This document shows positions 63,591 through 64,000 of a stretch of 64,000 nucleotides of DNA, one piece after another. Made by a program: the position numbers and the translations under genes. This DNA is from the human T2T-CHM13v2.0 reference genome, Homo sapiens: assembly GCF_009914755.1 (NCBI RefSeq), contig NC_060927.1. One strand, given 5' to 3'. Below the pieces are notes generated by a model, which saw only the letters and a program-made list of their open reading frames with translations, made no database searches and had not been told where the DNA came from. Every line of letters begins with the position of its first letter. The stretch's first letter is position 1.

Positions 63591-64000
63591 CAGCCGAAGA
63601 TGCGGTGACTAAGGAATGGCTGACCAGTGGCTGTGAGGCTTACCCGAGACGGCTCCTGGGACCTGTTTTTATTCCTGACTTTCTAGTGGCAGTGATGGAG
63701 GAGTGTCAGGTCATGGTAGGGAGGAGGCTGCTTTTTCGGCTGCAGTAAACCTGGGCCGAGGGAGGGCTGTAACCCTCAGGAGTGTTGGGACTCTTGGTGT
63801 GAAGGAAAGTGGATTTGATGTCAGATAGACTTGGATTTTAATTGTGAAACTCTTCACAGAGCTATGGACAGATTACTTTGTCTTTCCAAGCATATGAAAT
63901 ACTTTTGGTGTAGTTCACTTTGAAATTGCTTGAAGCTCGTAAAAATCACCCCTAAATGATGCTGTTTCCTTTGTGCTTATTTATACATTGTTTTGTTTCT

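Overview
Primate (almost certainly human) genomic DNA covering the 5' part of TRAK1 (trafficking kinesin protein 1; Milton/HAP1-N family mitochondrial transport adaptor) on the + strand. The canonical first coding exon (CDS 11429-11519) splices in phase 1 across a ~33.9 kb intron to a 195-nt second exon (45432-45626), giving MALVFQ...TNAC|DVCNSTDLPEVEIISLLEEQLPHYKLRAD...ETLKYF. The rest is intronic and rich in repeats: over 40 Alu/FLAM copies, L1PA/L1M, L2, MIR, MaLR/ERVL/ERV1 LTRs, hAT and Tigger MITEs, and microsatellites. Nearly all ORFs in the supplied track are repeat-derived noise. The most interesting signals are: (1) a well-formed upstream exon (7060-7356) whose frame is open into exon 2 and ends in a TRAK2-like motif (RDACTIT|DVC), with no in-frame AUG but a CUG in strong Kozak context, i.e. 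a candidate non-AUG-initiated or decayed ancestral N-terminal isoform; (2) a 5'-complete but 3'-truncated L1PA with perfect 16-bp TSDs and no poly(A) (internal priming); (3) a ~56-nt retroposed small RNA with A-tail and TSD; (4) a locally templated insertion with a 15-bp flanking duplication; (5) an out-of-frame uORF whose stop codon is created by the exon1/exon2 junction. Repeat subfamily names and repeat boundaries were assigned by eye from remembered consensus sequences and are approximate.
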